This document shows positions 50,256-59,697 of a DNA stretch of 64,000 bases, piece by piece; the stretch's first letter is position 1; every line of letters starts with the position of its first letter. The stretch covers positions 150,318-214,317 of the forward strand of contig CAVOQP010000006.1 in NCBI GenBank assembly GCA_963698385.1, in the 5' to 3' direction. This stretch comes from an uncultured Acidimicrobiia bacterium. GTDB lineage: Bacteria > Actinomycetota > Acidimicrobiia > Spongiisociales > JAENVV01. The position numbers and the translations under genes were made by a program. The notes beneath the pieces are model-generated. The model was given only the letters and a program-made list of their open reading frames with translations. It was not told the origin of the DNA and searched no databases.

Positions 50256-51487
50256 AGGATCACCGTCGTTTCGGTCTCTATCCCATACCGGATTCGTGGG
50301 TCGAGCGCGGCGTGGAGGACGTCAATGACGATCCGAGCCCCGATCGAGATCATGCCGATGAAGAGGAGGCCGCCCATCACCAGGGGGAAGTCCCGTGCCT
50401 CGAGAGCGCGGAAGAGGACGATCGACAACCCAGGGAAGTAGAGGCTGGCGCCGTAGTGGGAGGGAACCGTGAACGCGAACTCCACGATGACGAGGCCGGT
50501 CAGGACGAACGGAAGGGAGACCACGAATTTCGAGAGGGCCGGGAGCAACGCCACTCGGGCGGCATGGTGGTCGCGGACGTCGCGCTCCCGGAGGCCCTTG
50601 GCGCGGGCCGCCAGGATGTACTGCTCACCGCGCACGCCGTCCATCGCGGACTCGACCACGAGCGCGATCTCCCCAAACGCCAGGATCGCGACGGCCAGCA
50701 TCGGGAGGGACAGCAGCGCCAGTATGTCGAGAGCCTTGGCTTGGTGGCCGAGCAAGGACCAGAACCAGAGGTTCCCCCCCGCCCACAGGCCGAGCAGCAC
50801 GAAGCCGGGGAGTCGACGCCGCAGCAGGCGGCGGTAGCCCCAGCCGATCCCCATGGAGAGGACCCCGATGACGACGATCCCGAGGATCATCGCCCACAGG
50901 AGTCCTTCTTGTCCTTCCGGGACGCTGATCGCGGTCCGACCGAGTCGGAACCCGCCGGGGTCGACATCCTCCACCCGCTGGAGTGCGGCCCAGGCCTGGT
51001 CGGAGAACGCCCATCCGAACATCACGGCGAGCACGAAGGTGAGGATCGGGGGGAACGCGGTGTGGGCGGTGACGGCGGCGAAACGGACGACGCCTTTGAC
51101 GACGCGACTGCGACTCCAGCCGATCAACCTGCCGAGCCAGTGGCCGAAGAGGAAGGCCAGGGTGATGGAGAGCGTGAAGATCAGCATCGTCCAGGGAAGG
51201 AGCATCATCATGATCTCGATGATCGGCTGCCCCGTGTTCGAGATCCCGAACTCCCCCTTGAGGAAGCTGGTCATGAACCGAAGCCACTGCCCCCACAGCG
51301 AACGATCGAGGCCCAGTTGCTCGCGGAGGACCTCACGTTGGGCGCCGAGTCCGGGCATGAAGTTGTTCGTGAAGTCGCCCGGCATGAGCGCGCTCGCCAG
51401 GAAGAACACGAAGGTTGCGAAGACGATGAGTGTGATCGCGGACGAGATCACCCGTCTGACGAGGAAGCGGCGCACGGCCCGGAGCAT
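50252..51487 (-). CDS. peptide/nickel-type ABC transporter permease (DppB/OppB-like)
   Basis: MLRAVRRFLVRRVISSAITLIVFATFVFFL is the typical DppB N-terminus. Overlaps dppC-like start. Confidence 0.7.
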   Translation of the reverse strand: MLRAVRRFLVRRVISSAITLIVFATFVFFLASALMPGDFTNNFMPGLGAQREVLREQLGLDRSLWGQWLRFMTSFLKGEFGISNTGQPIIEIMMMLLPWTMLIFTLSITLAFLFGHWLGRLIGWSRSRVVKGVVRFAAVTAHTAFPPILTFVLAVMFGWAFSDQAWAALQRVEDVDPGGFRLGRTAISVPEGQEGLLWAMILGIVVIGVLSMGIGWGYRRLLRRRLPGFVLLGLWAGGNLWFWSLLGHQAKALDILALLSLPMLAVAILAFGEIALVVESAMDGVRGEQYILAARAKGLRERDVRDHHAARVALLPALSKFVVSLPFVLTGLVIVEFAFTVPSHYGASLYFPGLSIVLFRALEARDFPLVMGGLLFIGMISIGARIVIDVLHAALDPRIRYGIETETTVIL

Positions 51488-51537
51488 AGGTTGGAAGCTC
51501 GGGCCTGTCCGGACAGCCTCCAGCTACCGTCTCCCCG

Positions 51538-52719
51538 ATGGGAATGCTCGAAGGTATCCGGGTGCTCGATTTCGGCCGCTTCATCGCCGGCCCGTTCTGT
51601 GCCACGCTGCTGGGCGACCTGGGCGCGGAGGTGATCCGGGTGGAGAAGGTCGACGGTGGTGAGGACCGGTTCCTCTCACCGGTGGCGGACGACGGGACCG
51701 GGGCCACCCACCTCAACCTGGGCCGGAACAAGAAGGGGATGACCCTCAACCCCCGGCGGCCGGCCGGGGCCGAGATCCTCGGCCGTCTCGTCACCACCGC
51801 CGACGTGGTGGTGGCCAACCTTCCCCGCAGGGGTCTCGAGGCTATGGGAGTCGACTACCCGAGCCTCACCGCCATCCGCCCGGACATCATCCTCACCAGC
51901 GTCGATGCCTATGGCGACGAGGGGCCGTATGCCGATCGGGTCGGCTTCGACGGGGTTGGCCAGGCAATGGCAGCCAACGCCTGGCTCTCCGGACCCGAGG
52001 GATCCCCAACGCGCTCCTACACCCCGTATGTCGACTTCGGTACCGCCAGCCTGGCCGCCTACGCGACCATGGCTGCCCTCTGGCATCGGGAGCGGACCGG
52101 GGAGGGCCAGCACGTCCAGGCGGCGCTCCTCCGGACGGCGCTCCAGTTCAACTCGTTCACGATGACCGAGCAGGCCGTAAGGGACAAGAACCGGGTCTCC
52201 ACCTGGAACCGGGGCCAGACCTCGGGACCAACTGACATCTTCAGGGCCCAGGACGGGTTCTTGGTCGTGCAAGTGGTCGGTGCCCCGCTGTTCGGCCGCA
52301 TCGCCCGGCTCATGGGCCGGGCTGACTGGATCGACGACCCGCGTTTCCGTTCCGACGACGGCCGCGGCGAGCACAGCCTCGAGTTGTCGGAGGTGATCGG
52401 GGCCTGGGTGGCAGAACGAACGGTGGAGCAGGCGATCCGCGACTTCAACGAGGCAGGGGTGCCCTCGGCGCCCGTGCTCGATGCCCAGGGCGTCCTCGAC
52501 GACCCGCATGTGGTCGCAACGTCGATGTTCGTCGACCTGCCCTACCCGGGTGCGTCCTCGGTTCCCCCGATCGCCGGCCTCCCAGTGCAGTTGTCCAGGA
52601 CCCCGACCGAACTGCGCCATCGGGCACCGCAGTTGGGGGAGCACACCGACGAGATCCTCGCCGAACTCGGGTACGCCCCCGAGGAGATCACCGGCTTTCG
52701 GCGCAACCGCGTCGTGTGA
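51538..52719 (+). CDS. family III CoA-transferase (CaiB/BaiF-like)
   Basis: LEGIRVLDFGRFIAGPFCATLLGDLGAEVIRVE. Catalytic Asp region VDFGTASLA. 393 aa. Confidence 0.8.
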   Translation: MGMLEGIRVLDFGRFIAGPFCATLLGDLGAEVIRVEKVDGGEDRFLSPVADDGTGATHLNLGRNKKGMTLNPRRPAGAEILGRLVTTADVVVANLPRRGLEAMGVDYPSLTAIRPDIILTSVDAYGDEGPYADRVGFDGVGQAMAANAWLSGPEGSPTRSYTPYVDFGTASLAAYATMAALWHRERTGEGQHVQAALLRTALQFNSFTMTEQAVRDKNRVSTWNRGQTSGPTDIFRAQDGFLVVQVVGAPLFGRIARLMGRADWIDDPRFRSDDGRGEHSLELSEVIGAWVAERTVEQAIRDFNEAGVPSAPVLDAQGVLDDPHVVATSMFVDLPYPGASSVPPIAGLPVQLSRTPTELRHRAPQLGEHTDEILAELGYAPEEITGFRRNRVV

Positions 52720-52751
52720 TGCGTCGTGGGGTCGTTTGATCGTGGCGGGGG

Positions 52752-53507
52752 TCAGGGGCGGCCGGGGGTGGGTCGCTGGGAGAAACGGACGGCAGCGGCC
52801 TGGACCTCTCGACCGAGGGCTGCTTCCCGACCCGGTTCGGGGAAGCGATAGCTCGGACCGTGCACGTGAATCGCGCCGAGCACCTGCCCACCGAGATCGA
52901 AGACAGCCGACGCGACCGACGTGATCCCCTCGGCGTACTCCTCCTCGATCCAGAAGAACCCCTGGGCCCGGATGGCCTCGAGTCGATCCCGGATCGTCGA
53001 CGGATCGGTGACGGTGCGCGGCGTGAAGGACTCGAGATCGCGTGACAGGTATCGGTCGATCTCGGCCGCTGGCCAGTTGGCCATGATGCACAGCCCGGAC
53101 GGGCCGACGTGCATCGGCACCCGGAGGCCGCTGTAGTCGCGGACCTGCACCGCGTTCGGCCCTTCGGCCTGCACCAGATAGTGCGTCGAGTACCCGACCG
53201 GTACCGAGAAGCCAGCGGTCTCGCCGAGGTGTTCGGCGAGGTGGGCCAGGTGGGGGCGAACCGCCATGATGAGCGAGTCGGACGCGTCGACGGAACCAGC
53301 CAGCTCGCCGATGGACTTCCCGATCCGGTAGTCGGAGGAGTCGTCGGCTCGTTCGACCGCCCCAACCTGTTCGAGTGTGGAGAGCATGCGGGCCACCGTG
53401 GACTTGGGCAGTGCGACCCGGGAGGCGATCTCCGAGACCCCGGCAGGTCCGACCGCCAGGCTCTGGAGGATCGAGAAGGCTCTCTCTATCGATTGGATGG
53501 ACGACAT
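52752..53507 (-). CDS. IclR family transcriptional regulator
   Basis: N-terminal HTH (IERAFSILQSLAVGPAGVSEIASRVALPKSTVARMLSTLE) plus C-terminal IclR effector domain. Confidence 0.8.
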   Translation of the reverse strand: MSSIQSIERAFSILQSLAVGPAGVSEIASRVALPKSTVARMLSTLEQVGAVERADDSSDYRIGKSIGELAGSVDASDSLIMAVRPHLAHLAEHLGETAGFSVPVGYSTHYLVQAEGPNAVQVRDYSGLRVPMHVGPSGLCIMANWPAAEIDRYLSRDLESFTPRTVTDPSTIRDRLEAIRAQGFFWIEEEYAEGITSVASAVFDLGGQVLGAIHVHGPSYRFPEPGREAALGREVQAAAVRFSQRPTPGRP

Positions 53508-53516
53508 GTGCTCTCC

Positions 53517-54356
53517 TCACTGCCCCGAGTCGGGGCCGTGGGTGGCGTCCCTCAGCGCAGCCTCGAACCACGCGACCGTGTCCTCGACTTGGTTGAAGGT
53601 GAAGATGTGAAGCCCGCGAATCCCGAGCGTGGGATCGAGGCCGGCGATGTCGTCGAGGAGGTCGTCGGGAGTGAACAGGCCGGGACGAATCATCCTGGCG
53701 ATCACGCGTCGGTTCTTCGTGAGGTAGCGGAGGGAGGCACCGACCCCGATCCGGGCTCCGATTGCCATCAGCTTGAGGGTGTCGGAGGCCCCGGGCACCC
53801 CGACCATGACCGGGAGGTCGATCCCGGCTGCTCGGATGTCCCGGATCCACTGCTCGATCGGGCCGGCGTCGAGGCACATCTGGGTGGTCACGTGTCCCGC
53901 CAGGGGCGACTTGTCTGAGAGGGCCGTCATCAGGGCGTCCGGTTGGATGAACGGGTGTCCTTCCGGGTACCCGGCGATGCCGATCTCGGCGAAGGGGTGG
54001 GACATCGTGGCCAGTGCGGAGAGCAGCGCCCCGGCGTCGGGGAATTCCCCGTGGTCGGTCGCATCACCGCCGACGACGAAGGCCCGAGTGATCCCGGCCG
54101 ATCCGAGGCGATCCACGATCGAGGCGAGGTCGCCCGTCGATGGGATCATCCTTGCCGCGAGGTGGGCCACCACGTCGTAGCCGTGCGATGCCAGGTGCGC
54201 GCACAACTCGACGGTCGCTTCCATCCCCTTGGTCGGTGACGCCGTCACCGAGACCGTCGCCCCGGTTGGGAGTCCCAGCGCCCGCTCGGCGGTGGACTTC
54301 ATGGGGATCACCTCGAAGATCGAGTGGTCCAGGAGGTCGAGGAGTCGCTCGTTCAT
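53517..54356 (-). CDS. metF: methylenetetrahydrofolate reductase (MetF-like, short type)
   Basis: 279 aa TIM-barrel with MetF-like blocks (FEVIPMKS...VVAHLAAR...AFVVGGD...IGIAGYPEGHP...MVGVPGA). Lies at the distal end of the methyltransferase operon. Confidence 0.65.
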   Translation of the reverse strand: MNERLLDLLDHSIFEVIPMKSTAERALGLPTGATVSVTASPTKGMEATVELCAHLASHGYDVVAHLAARMIPSTGDLASIVDRLGSAGITRAFVVGGDATDHGEFPDAGALLSALATMSHPFAEIGIAGYPEGHPFIQPDALMTALSDKSPLAGHVTTQMCLDAGPIEQWIRDIRAAGIDLPVMVGVPGASDTLKLMAIGARIGVGASLRYLTKNRRVIARMIRPGLFTPDDLLDDIAGLDPTLGIRGLHIFTFNQVEDTVAWFEAALRDATHGPDSGQ

Positions 54357-54359
54357 GGG

Positions 54360-55886
54360 TCAGAGGTCCGAGTCCGGGTAGGACGCTCGGCGGACATCGA
54401 TCCACTCGCGGAGCTCGGCGTCCTTCGCCTCGTCGAACGCGGGGAGCACGTACTCGGCGAGCATCTCCTTCCACCGTTTGTTGGCCATCATCTCGGCATC
54501 CGGTGCGCCCTCCGATTCCCACTGCTCGAAGCTGTTGTTGTCGGACAGGCCCGACGTCCAGAACGCTGTTTCGAAGTTGGCGAGGGTGTGTGGGGAGCCG
54601 AGATAGTGCTGCCCGGGATCGTTCTCGAGCATGGCATCGAGGGCAAGCCCGTTCTCACTGAGGTCGATGCCCCCCATGAGCTTGCCGGCCATTCCTGACC
54701 TGTCGGCATCGAGTACGAACTTCTCGTACCCCATGGTCAGGCCGCCTTCGAGCCACCCCGCAGCGTGGAGGACGAAGTTGGTGCCGGCTTGCATCGTGGA
54801 CATGAACGAGACGGCGCTCTCGTACGCAGCCTGGTAGTCGGACGTCTTGGATGATGTGAGGTTGCCGCCGCTCCGGAACGGGACCCCGAGTCGGCGGGCG
54901 AGTGCTGCAACCGTGTAGAGCACCATGCTGGGTTCGGGTGTCCCGAATGTCGGGGCGCCCGACTGCATGGACATCGACGAGGCGAACGAGCCGAAGATCA
55001 CCGGGGATCCCGGCCGGACGATCTGGCAGAACGCCATTCCGGCCAGCGCTTCGGCGAGGGTCTGGGTTGCGGCCGCAGCCGGGGTCACCGGCGACATCGC
55101 CCCGGTGAGGATGAAGGGGGTGATGAGGCTGGCCTGGTTGTTCTCGGCGTAGACCTTCGCCGAACCGAGCATGCTGAAGTCCCACGACATCGGCGAGTTG
55201 GCGTTGATCAGGCTTGTCAGCACCGTGTTCTGGTCGACGAATTCCTCGCCGAACACGATCCTGGCCATGTCGACGGAGTCCTGGGCACGACTCGGGTGGG
55301 TCACCGATCCCATGAACGGTTTGTCGGAATACGTGATGTGGCTGTAGAGCATCTCGAAGTGCCGCTTGTTGACAGGGAGGTCCACGGGCTCGCACAGCGT
55401 GCCGCCCGAGTGGTGCATGGCGGGGGCGAGGTAGGCCAGTTTCACGAAATTCCGGAAGTCCTCGATGGTCGCGTAGCGCCTCCCACGGTCGAGGTCTCGC
55501 ACGAAGGGCGACCCGTAGGCCGGAGCGAAGACGAGGTGCGGGTCACCGATGCGGACCGACCGCGCAGGGTTCCGGGCGTGCTGGGTGAAGACGGCAGGTG
55601 CAGAGTCGGTGATGAGGCCCCGGCACAGGCCCCGGGGGAAGCGAACGCGCGTGCCGCGCACGTCTGCACCGGCCGAGGCGAAGATCTCGAGGGCTTCTGG
55701 ATAGCCACCGATCTCGACGCCGACGCTCTCGAGCAGGGTGTCGGCGTGCTGCTCGATGAGCGAGAGGCCCTCCTCGCTGATCACCTCGAGGGGTGCCAGC
55801 GTCCTGGTGAGGAAGGGGATGGTGTCGATGGACCGGGCGGTCCGTTCGGCCTGGCGGGCTGCGCGCCCACGTCGTGCGTCGCTCAT
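54360..55886 (-). CDS. MttB-superfamily (trimethylamine methyltransferase family, non-pyrrolysine) quaternary amine:corrinoid methyltransferase, substrate unknown (glycine betaine plausible)
   Basis: 508 aa, collinear with MttB/MtgB proteins (FVDQNTVLTSLINANSPMSWDFSMLGSAKVYAENNQASLITPFILTGAMSPVTPAAA). No in-frame UAG. Confidence 0.8.
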   Translation of the reverse strand: MSDARRGRAARQAERTARSIDTIPFLTRTLAPLEVISEEGLSLIEQHADTLLESVGVEIGGYPEALEIFASAGADVRGTRVRFPRGLCRGLITDSAPAVFTQHARNPARSVRIGDPHLVFAPAYGSPFVRDLDRGRRYATIEDFRNFVKLAYLAPAMHHSGGTLCEPVDLPVNKRHFEMLYSHITYSDKPFMGSVTHPSRAQDSVDMARIVFGEEFVDQNTVLTSLINANSPMSWDFSMLGSAKVYAENNQASLITPFILTGAMSPVTPAAAATQTLAEALAGMAFCQIVRPGSPVIFGSFASSMSMQSGAPTFGTPEPSMVLYTVAALARRLGVPFRSGGNLTSSKTSDYQAAYESAVSFMSTMQAGTNFVLHAAGWLEGGLTMGYEKFVLDADRSGMAGKLMGGIDLSENGLALDAMLENDPGQHYLGSPHTLANFETAFWTSGLSDNNSFEQWESEGAPDAEMMANKRWKEMLAEYVLPAFDEAKDAELREWIDVRRASYPDSDL

Positions 55887-57865
55887 GTCGTCTCCTGGTC
55901 TGCCGTCCGTCGGCGGCGGTCGCGGGTTCGGGTGATGCGGGGGGCTGGGAGGGTGACCATCGCCCCAAGTCGTCGGTAGGGGTCCTTGGCGTGGGGGATC
56001 GACATGGCGGCGACGAAGTGCTCCTGGAACGCCGGCTCGGTCGCCGTCTCGATCTTTTCGATGGTGCGAGCCACGGACTCGACCTCGCGGCGGGACACGC
56101 CGGAAAGGAGAGCCATGAGGGCCCCGGTGCCGGCCGCGTTGCCCGCCGCCGAGACCCGCGTAGGGTCGATGTCGGGCACCAGGCCCAGCACCAGGGCGTG
56201 CATCGGGTCGATGTGGCTCCCGAAGGCACCGGCGAGTCGGATCGAGTCGACCTCTCTCACTCCCAAACGCTCCATCAGCAGGACGCAGCCGGCATGGAGG
56301 GCCGCCTTGGCGAGTTGAACTGCCCTGACGTCGTTCTGGGTCACCTCGACGATGGGGTCATCCCACAGCCGGTAGGAGAAGGTCCGCCCGTTACCGACGA
56401 CGCGTGCGGCAGCCGGGTCCTCGGCGATGACGCCGTCACTGGACAGGACCCCGGCCAGGTACATCTCTGCGACGGCCTCGATGATGCCGGAGCCACAGAT
56501 GCCGGTGACGCCCGTGGAATGCACCGAGTCAGCGAAACCGGGATCGTCCGACCACACTTCGGATCCGATCACCGTGAAGCGCGGCTCCTTGGTGTCGGGG
56601 TCGACCCGGACCCGCTCGATGGCCCCCGGGGTGGCTCGCTGCCCTGACGAGATGGCCGCCCCCTCGAACGCGGGGCCGGTGGGGGAGGAGGCTGCCATGA
56701 GTCGGTGACGGTTGCCGAGGATGATCTCGGCATTGGTGCCGATATCCACCAGCAACGTGACGGCCTCGCCGCGGTGGGGCCCCTCTGAGAGCGTCATGGC
56801 GGCAGCGTCGGCGCCCACATGCCCGGCGATGCACGGGAGTGCGTACACCGTGGCCCCGGGGTGCACCGAGAGGCCCAGTTCGGTTGCCCCGGTCTCCACG
56901 GCCTCGTCCGTGGCCAAGGCAAAGGGGGCGGTGCCCAGCGGAGTGGGATCGATCCCGAGGACGAGGTGGTGCATGATCGGGTTGCCGACGAACGTCAACT
57001 CGATGATGTCCTGCCGTGCGGTGTCGGCGTCGGTGCAGAGGTCGCCGATGAGGTCGTTCATTGCCTCCCGGACCCGGGCGGTGAGGATGGCCCGTCCCCC
57101 GGGGTTGAGCATCACGTAGGAGACCCGGCTCATGAGGTCCTCACCGAAGGCGATCTGGGGGTTCATGCGGCCGGCGGATGCCAGGATCGCACCCGAGGTG
57201 AGGTCGCAGAGGTGCCCGGCGAGGGTGGTGGATCCGACGTCGAACCCGACGCCGAGGATACGATCCCTGAAGCCCGGGAAGACCCCGACCAACGCTTTGT
57301 CGTGGCGAAGGGCGACAGTCACTGCCCACTGTCCGTCCCGGAGTGCGGATTGAACGGTGCCGAGCACCGAGGAGTGGACCGTCGCGACGGTGAGGCCCCA
57401 CTGGTCGACCAGGGCCGCCCGGAGCCGTTCCAGGTCACCGGATGGGGACGCCAAGTCGGGTTCCGGCACGGTGACGTAGTACAAGCGGACGACGGGGTCG
57501 ACAGCGATCGCATCGACATCGGCCCGCTTGCGGATGACCTGGCGATGGATCTGGCTTTCCGGCGGAACATCGATGACGACGTCCATCATCGCCTGGGCGG
57601 CGCAGCCAAGCCGGTGCCCCGCTCCCAGCGGGCGTCGCCCCCGGTAGTCGACCTCGATCGGTCCCGGCGCCGACAGGGAGGTGTGGTCCACCGGTACCCC
57701 GGACCGTGATCCAAGTGTCACTTGGCACCGGCCGCATATCCCGCGACCACCGCACACGGTGTCGAGGTCGACGCCCAACTCCCGGGCAGCGGCGAGCAGG
57801 TCGGTCCCGGTCGGGAACCTTCCCCGCCGGCCGGACGGGGCGAACGCGATCTCGACGGTCGACAC
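55883..57865 (-). CDS. corrinoid activation/regeneration protein (RamA/RACo-type reductive activase: N-terminal 2Fe-2S ferredoxin + ASKHA/DUF4445 ATPase)
   Basis: Ferredoxin motif CGGRGICGRCQV...C. Large ASKHA-like body with glycine-rich loops (GFDVGSTT, VDIGTNAEI, GICGSGIIEAV). Confidence 0.75.
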   Translation of the reverse strand: MSTVEIAFAPSGRRGRFPTGTDLLAAARELGVDLDTVCGGRGICGRCQVTLGSRSGVPVDHTSLSAPGPIEVDYRGRRPLGAGHRLGCAAQAMMDVVIDVPPESQIHRQVIRKRADVDAIAVDPVVRLYYVTVPEPDLASPSGDLERLRAALVDQWGLTVATVHSSVLGTVQSALRDGQWAVTVALRHDKALVGVFPGFRDRILGVGFDVGSTTLAGHLCDLTSGAILASAGRMNPQIAFGEDLMSRVSYVMLNPGGRAILTARVREAMNDLIGDLCTDADTARQDIIELTFVGNPIMHHLVLGIDPTPLGTAPFALATDEAVETGATELGLSVHPGATVYALPCIAGHVGADAAAMTLSEGPHRGEAVTLLVDIGTNAEIILGNRHRLMAASSPTGPAFEGAAISSGQRATPGAIERVRVDPDTKEPRFTVIGSEVWSDDPGFADSVHSTGVTGICGSGIIEAVAEMYLAGVLSSDGVIAEDPAAARVVGNGRTFSYRLWDDPIVEVTQNDVRAVQLAKAALHAGCVLLMERLGVREVDSIRLAGAFGSHIDPMHALVLGLVPDIDPTRVSAAGNAAGTGALMALLSGVSRREVESVARTIEKIETATEPAFQEHFVAAMSIPHAKDPYRRLGAMVTLPAPRITRTRDRRRRTADQETT

Positions 57866-57869
57866 GGAC

Positions 57870-58769
57870 TCAGCCCCGACGCCGGTTGCCCCGGCGAGCC
57901 CGGTGGGCGTCCCCCGCCCCGAGGTCGACGGCCCGATGGTGGCGGATCCACGTCTCGCAGTTGGGATCGTGCCCTGCGAGCACGTCGGCAGCCATGATCG
58001 ACCGCGTGATCTCGGTCTCCAGGGGATTGGTGATCGCGGAGGTCAATCCGGACGCGACCGCCATGGCGAGGAAGGCGGCGTTGATCCCCGGGCGATTCGG
58101 GAGCCCGAAACTGACGTTGGATGCTCCGCACGTCGTGTTGACCCGGAGTTCGTCACGGAGGCGACCGAGCAGATGGAAGACCTGTCGCCCGGCGGTTCCC
58201 ATGGCCCCGATGGGCATGACCAGGGGGTCGACAACGATGTCCTCCTTGGGGATGCCGTGGTCGGCGGCGCGATTGACGATCCTGCGGGCGACCTCGAACC
58301 GCACGTCAGGATCCTCGGAGATCCCGGTCTCGTCGTTGCTGATGGCGACGACTGCCGCTCCGTACTTCTTGATCAGCGGGAACACGGCCTCCATGCGGTC
58401 CTCCTCACCGGTGACTGAATTGACGAGTGCCTTGCCCTTGTACACGGCAAGGCCGGCTGCCAACGCCTCGACGATCGAGCTGTCGAGGGAGAGCGGCACA
58501 TCGACCAACCCTTGGACCAACAGTACGGTCTGGGCCAGGATCGTCGGCTCGTCGGCGAGTGGGATCCCGGCGTTCACGTCCAACATGCGGGCGCCGGCCT
58601 CGACCTGGGCGACGGCGTCGGTCTCCACCCGGCTGAAGTCGCCTTCCTTCATCTCGGCCGCGAGGAGCTTGCGGCCGGTGGGGTTGATGCGCTCCCCGAT
58701 GATGACGAAGGGGCGGTCGAAACCGATCACTACCTCCCGGGTGGGTGAGCTGACGTACGTGTCGGTCAT
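57870..58769 (-). CDS. pterin-binding methyltransferase (methylcobalamin:tetrahydrofolate methyltransferase, MtgA/MtrH/AcsE-like)
   Basis: ATG at 58769 with upstream ggag RBS. Dihydropteroate-synthase-like barrel (FVIIGERINPTGRKLLAAEMKEGDFS...MLDVNAG...ALVNSV...TCGASNVSFGLPNR). Confidence 0.65.
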   Translation of the reverse strand: MTDTYVSSPTREVVIGFDRPFVIIGERINPTGRKLLAAEMKEGDFSRVETDAVAQVEAGARMLDVNAGIPLADEPTILAQTVLLVQGLVDVPLSLDSSIVEALAAGLAVYKGKALVNSVTGEEDRMEAVFPLIKKYGAAVVAISNDETGISEDPDVRFEVARRIVNRAADHGIPKEDIVVDPLVMPIGAMGTAGRQVFHLLGRLRDELRVNTTCGASNVSFGLPNRPGINAAFLAMAVASGLTSAITNPLETEITRSIMAADVLAGHDPNCETWIRHHRAVDLGAGDAHRARRGNRRRG

Positions 58770-59095
58770 TGGTTCTCCGGGCCGTCGTGGCCGCCGGCCA
58801 TGGCCAATCGGCCGAGGGTATCCGGGGTGAACTCGAGTTCGAGGCGCGTCGCGGCCTCCTCGACGGCAGCCTCGAGGTCGATGGTGCATGGCGCCGTCGT
58901 CCGCCGCCATTCGCCGAGGTATTCGTCGGTGCCGAAGAGGCCGGCCTCCATGGCGGCCCGATCGATGGCAGCCTGGAAGCGGGGAGAAAGCTCGCGTCGC
59001 GCTGTCTCGCTTCCGGCCCGAGCGGTGACCTGGGCGGGGATGGCACGCCAGGAGATGACCGTGAGAGTGGGAGAAGCCCCCGAGCGTTCCCTCAT
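58766..59095 (-). CDS. small acidic protein (109 aa) of unknown function, translationally coupled between DUF1638 and the pterin methyltransferase
   Basis: ATGA overlaps at both ends. No recognisable motif. Confidence 0.3.
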   Translation of the reverse strand: MRERSGASPTLTVISWRAIPAQVTARAGSETARRELSPRFQAAIDRAAMEAGLFGTDEYLGEWRRTTAPCTIDLEAAVEEAATRLELEFTPDTLGRLAMAGGHDGPENQ

Positions 59096-59688
59096 GCCCG
59101 GAGCTCCGCCACCGCAGCTTCCAGGTCGCCGTAGCCGACGTGCCTGTGCCGGAACGCCAGGCCGAGCCTGTTGGCCGCTGCCTCGGCCCGCGAGACGAGT
59201 GTGGGATCGTCCACCTGGGAGAGGTAGACGAGTTGGCGGTAGTTGCCGAAGTAGGTGTCAAGGAGCTGGGGGTGGCGGTCGAGACCCAGCCCACTCCAGA
59301 CGAGGCGATCGAAGTGTCGAGCGAGGTAGTCGGTGAGATAGAAGGTGCGCGGCTCTTCGTCGTGCAACGACGCAAAGACGGAACCTCCACTGAAGAATTC
59401 GTAGCAGTGGGCGCCGGGGAGGCGTTCCACACCGTGCTTGGCGAGCACGGCGTCGAGTTGGCCCCCGGTCCCGCAGTCGGCGTAGCCGACGTAGATCGTG
59501 TCGTAGTCGTCCTTTGCCCGGACGATCCGTTCCTCGACTGCCGCGGGGATCCGATCCGGATGGTTGTGGTACGAGGCGGGAAGGCACTCGACCCGCAGTT
59601 GGGTGAGGTTGGTGCGGCGCACCACTTCGAGGAGCTCGCGGGCGATGGCGCCGCAGGCGATGATGAGGGTCCGGGGGTGCTCGGTCAA
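59092..59688 (-). CDS. DUF1638 domain protein (family recurrently encoded beside MttB-family/corrinoid methyltransferase genes)
   Basis: 198 aa, TTG start per track. TLIIACGAIARELLEVV...YVGYADCGTGGQLDAVL pattern matches the DUF1638 Cys-containing core. Confidence 0.5.
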   Translation of the reverse strand: MTEHPRTLIIACGAIARELLEVVRRTNLTQLRVECLPASYHNHPDRIPAAVEERIVRAKDDYDTIYVGYADCGTGGQLDAVLAKHGVERLPGAHCYEFFSGGSVFASLHDEEPRTFYLTDYLARHFDRLVWSGLGLDRHPQLLDTYFGNYRQLVYLSQVDDPTLVSRAEAAANRLGLAFRHRHVGYGDLEAAVAELRA

Positions 59689-59697
59689 CGCCTCACC

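Noticed and set aside
51676-53877. 733-aa minus-strand ORF; similarly 62175..63995 (606 aa), 42367..44331 (654 aa), 32981..34489 (502 aa), 35943..37490 (515 aa)
   Set aside because: Each is antisense to a confidently identified gene (CoA-transferase/IclR, dehydrogenase, GGDEF-EAL, PFOR, metG). Typical high-GC shadow ORFs.
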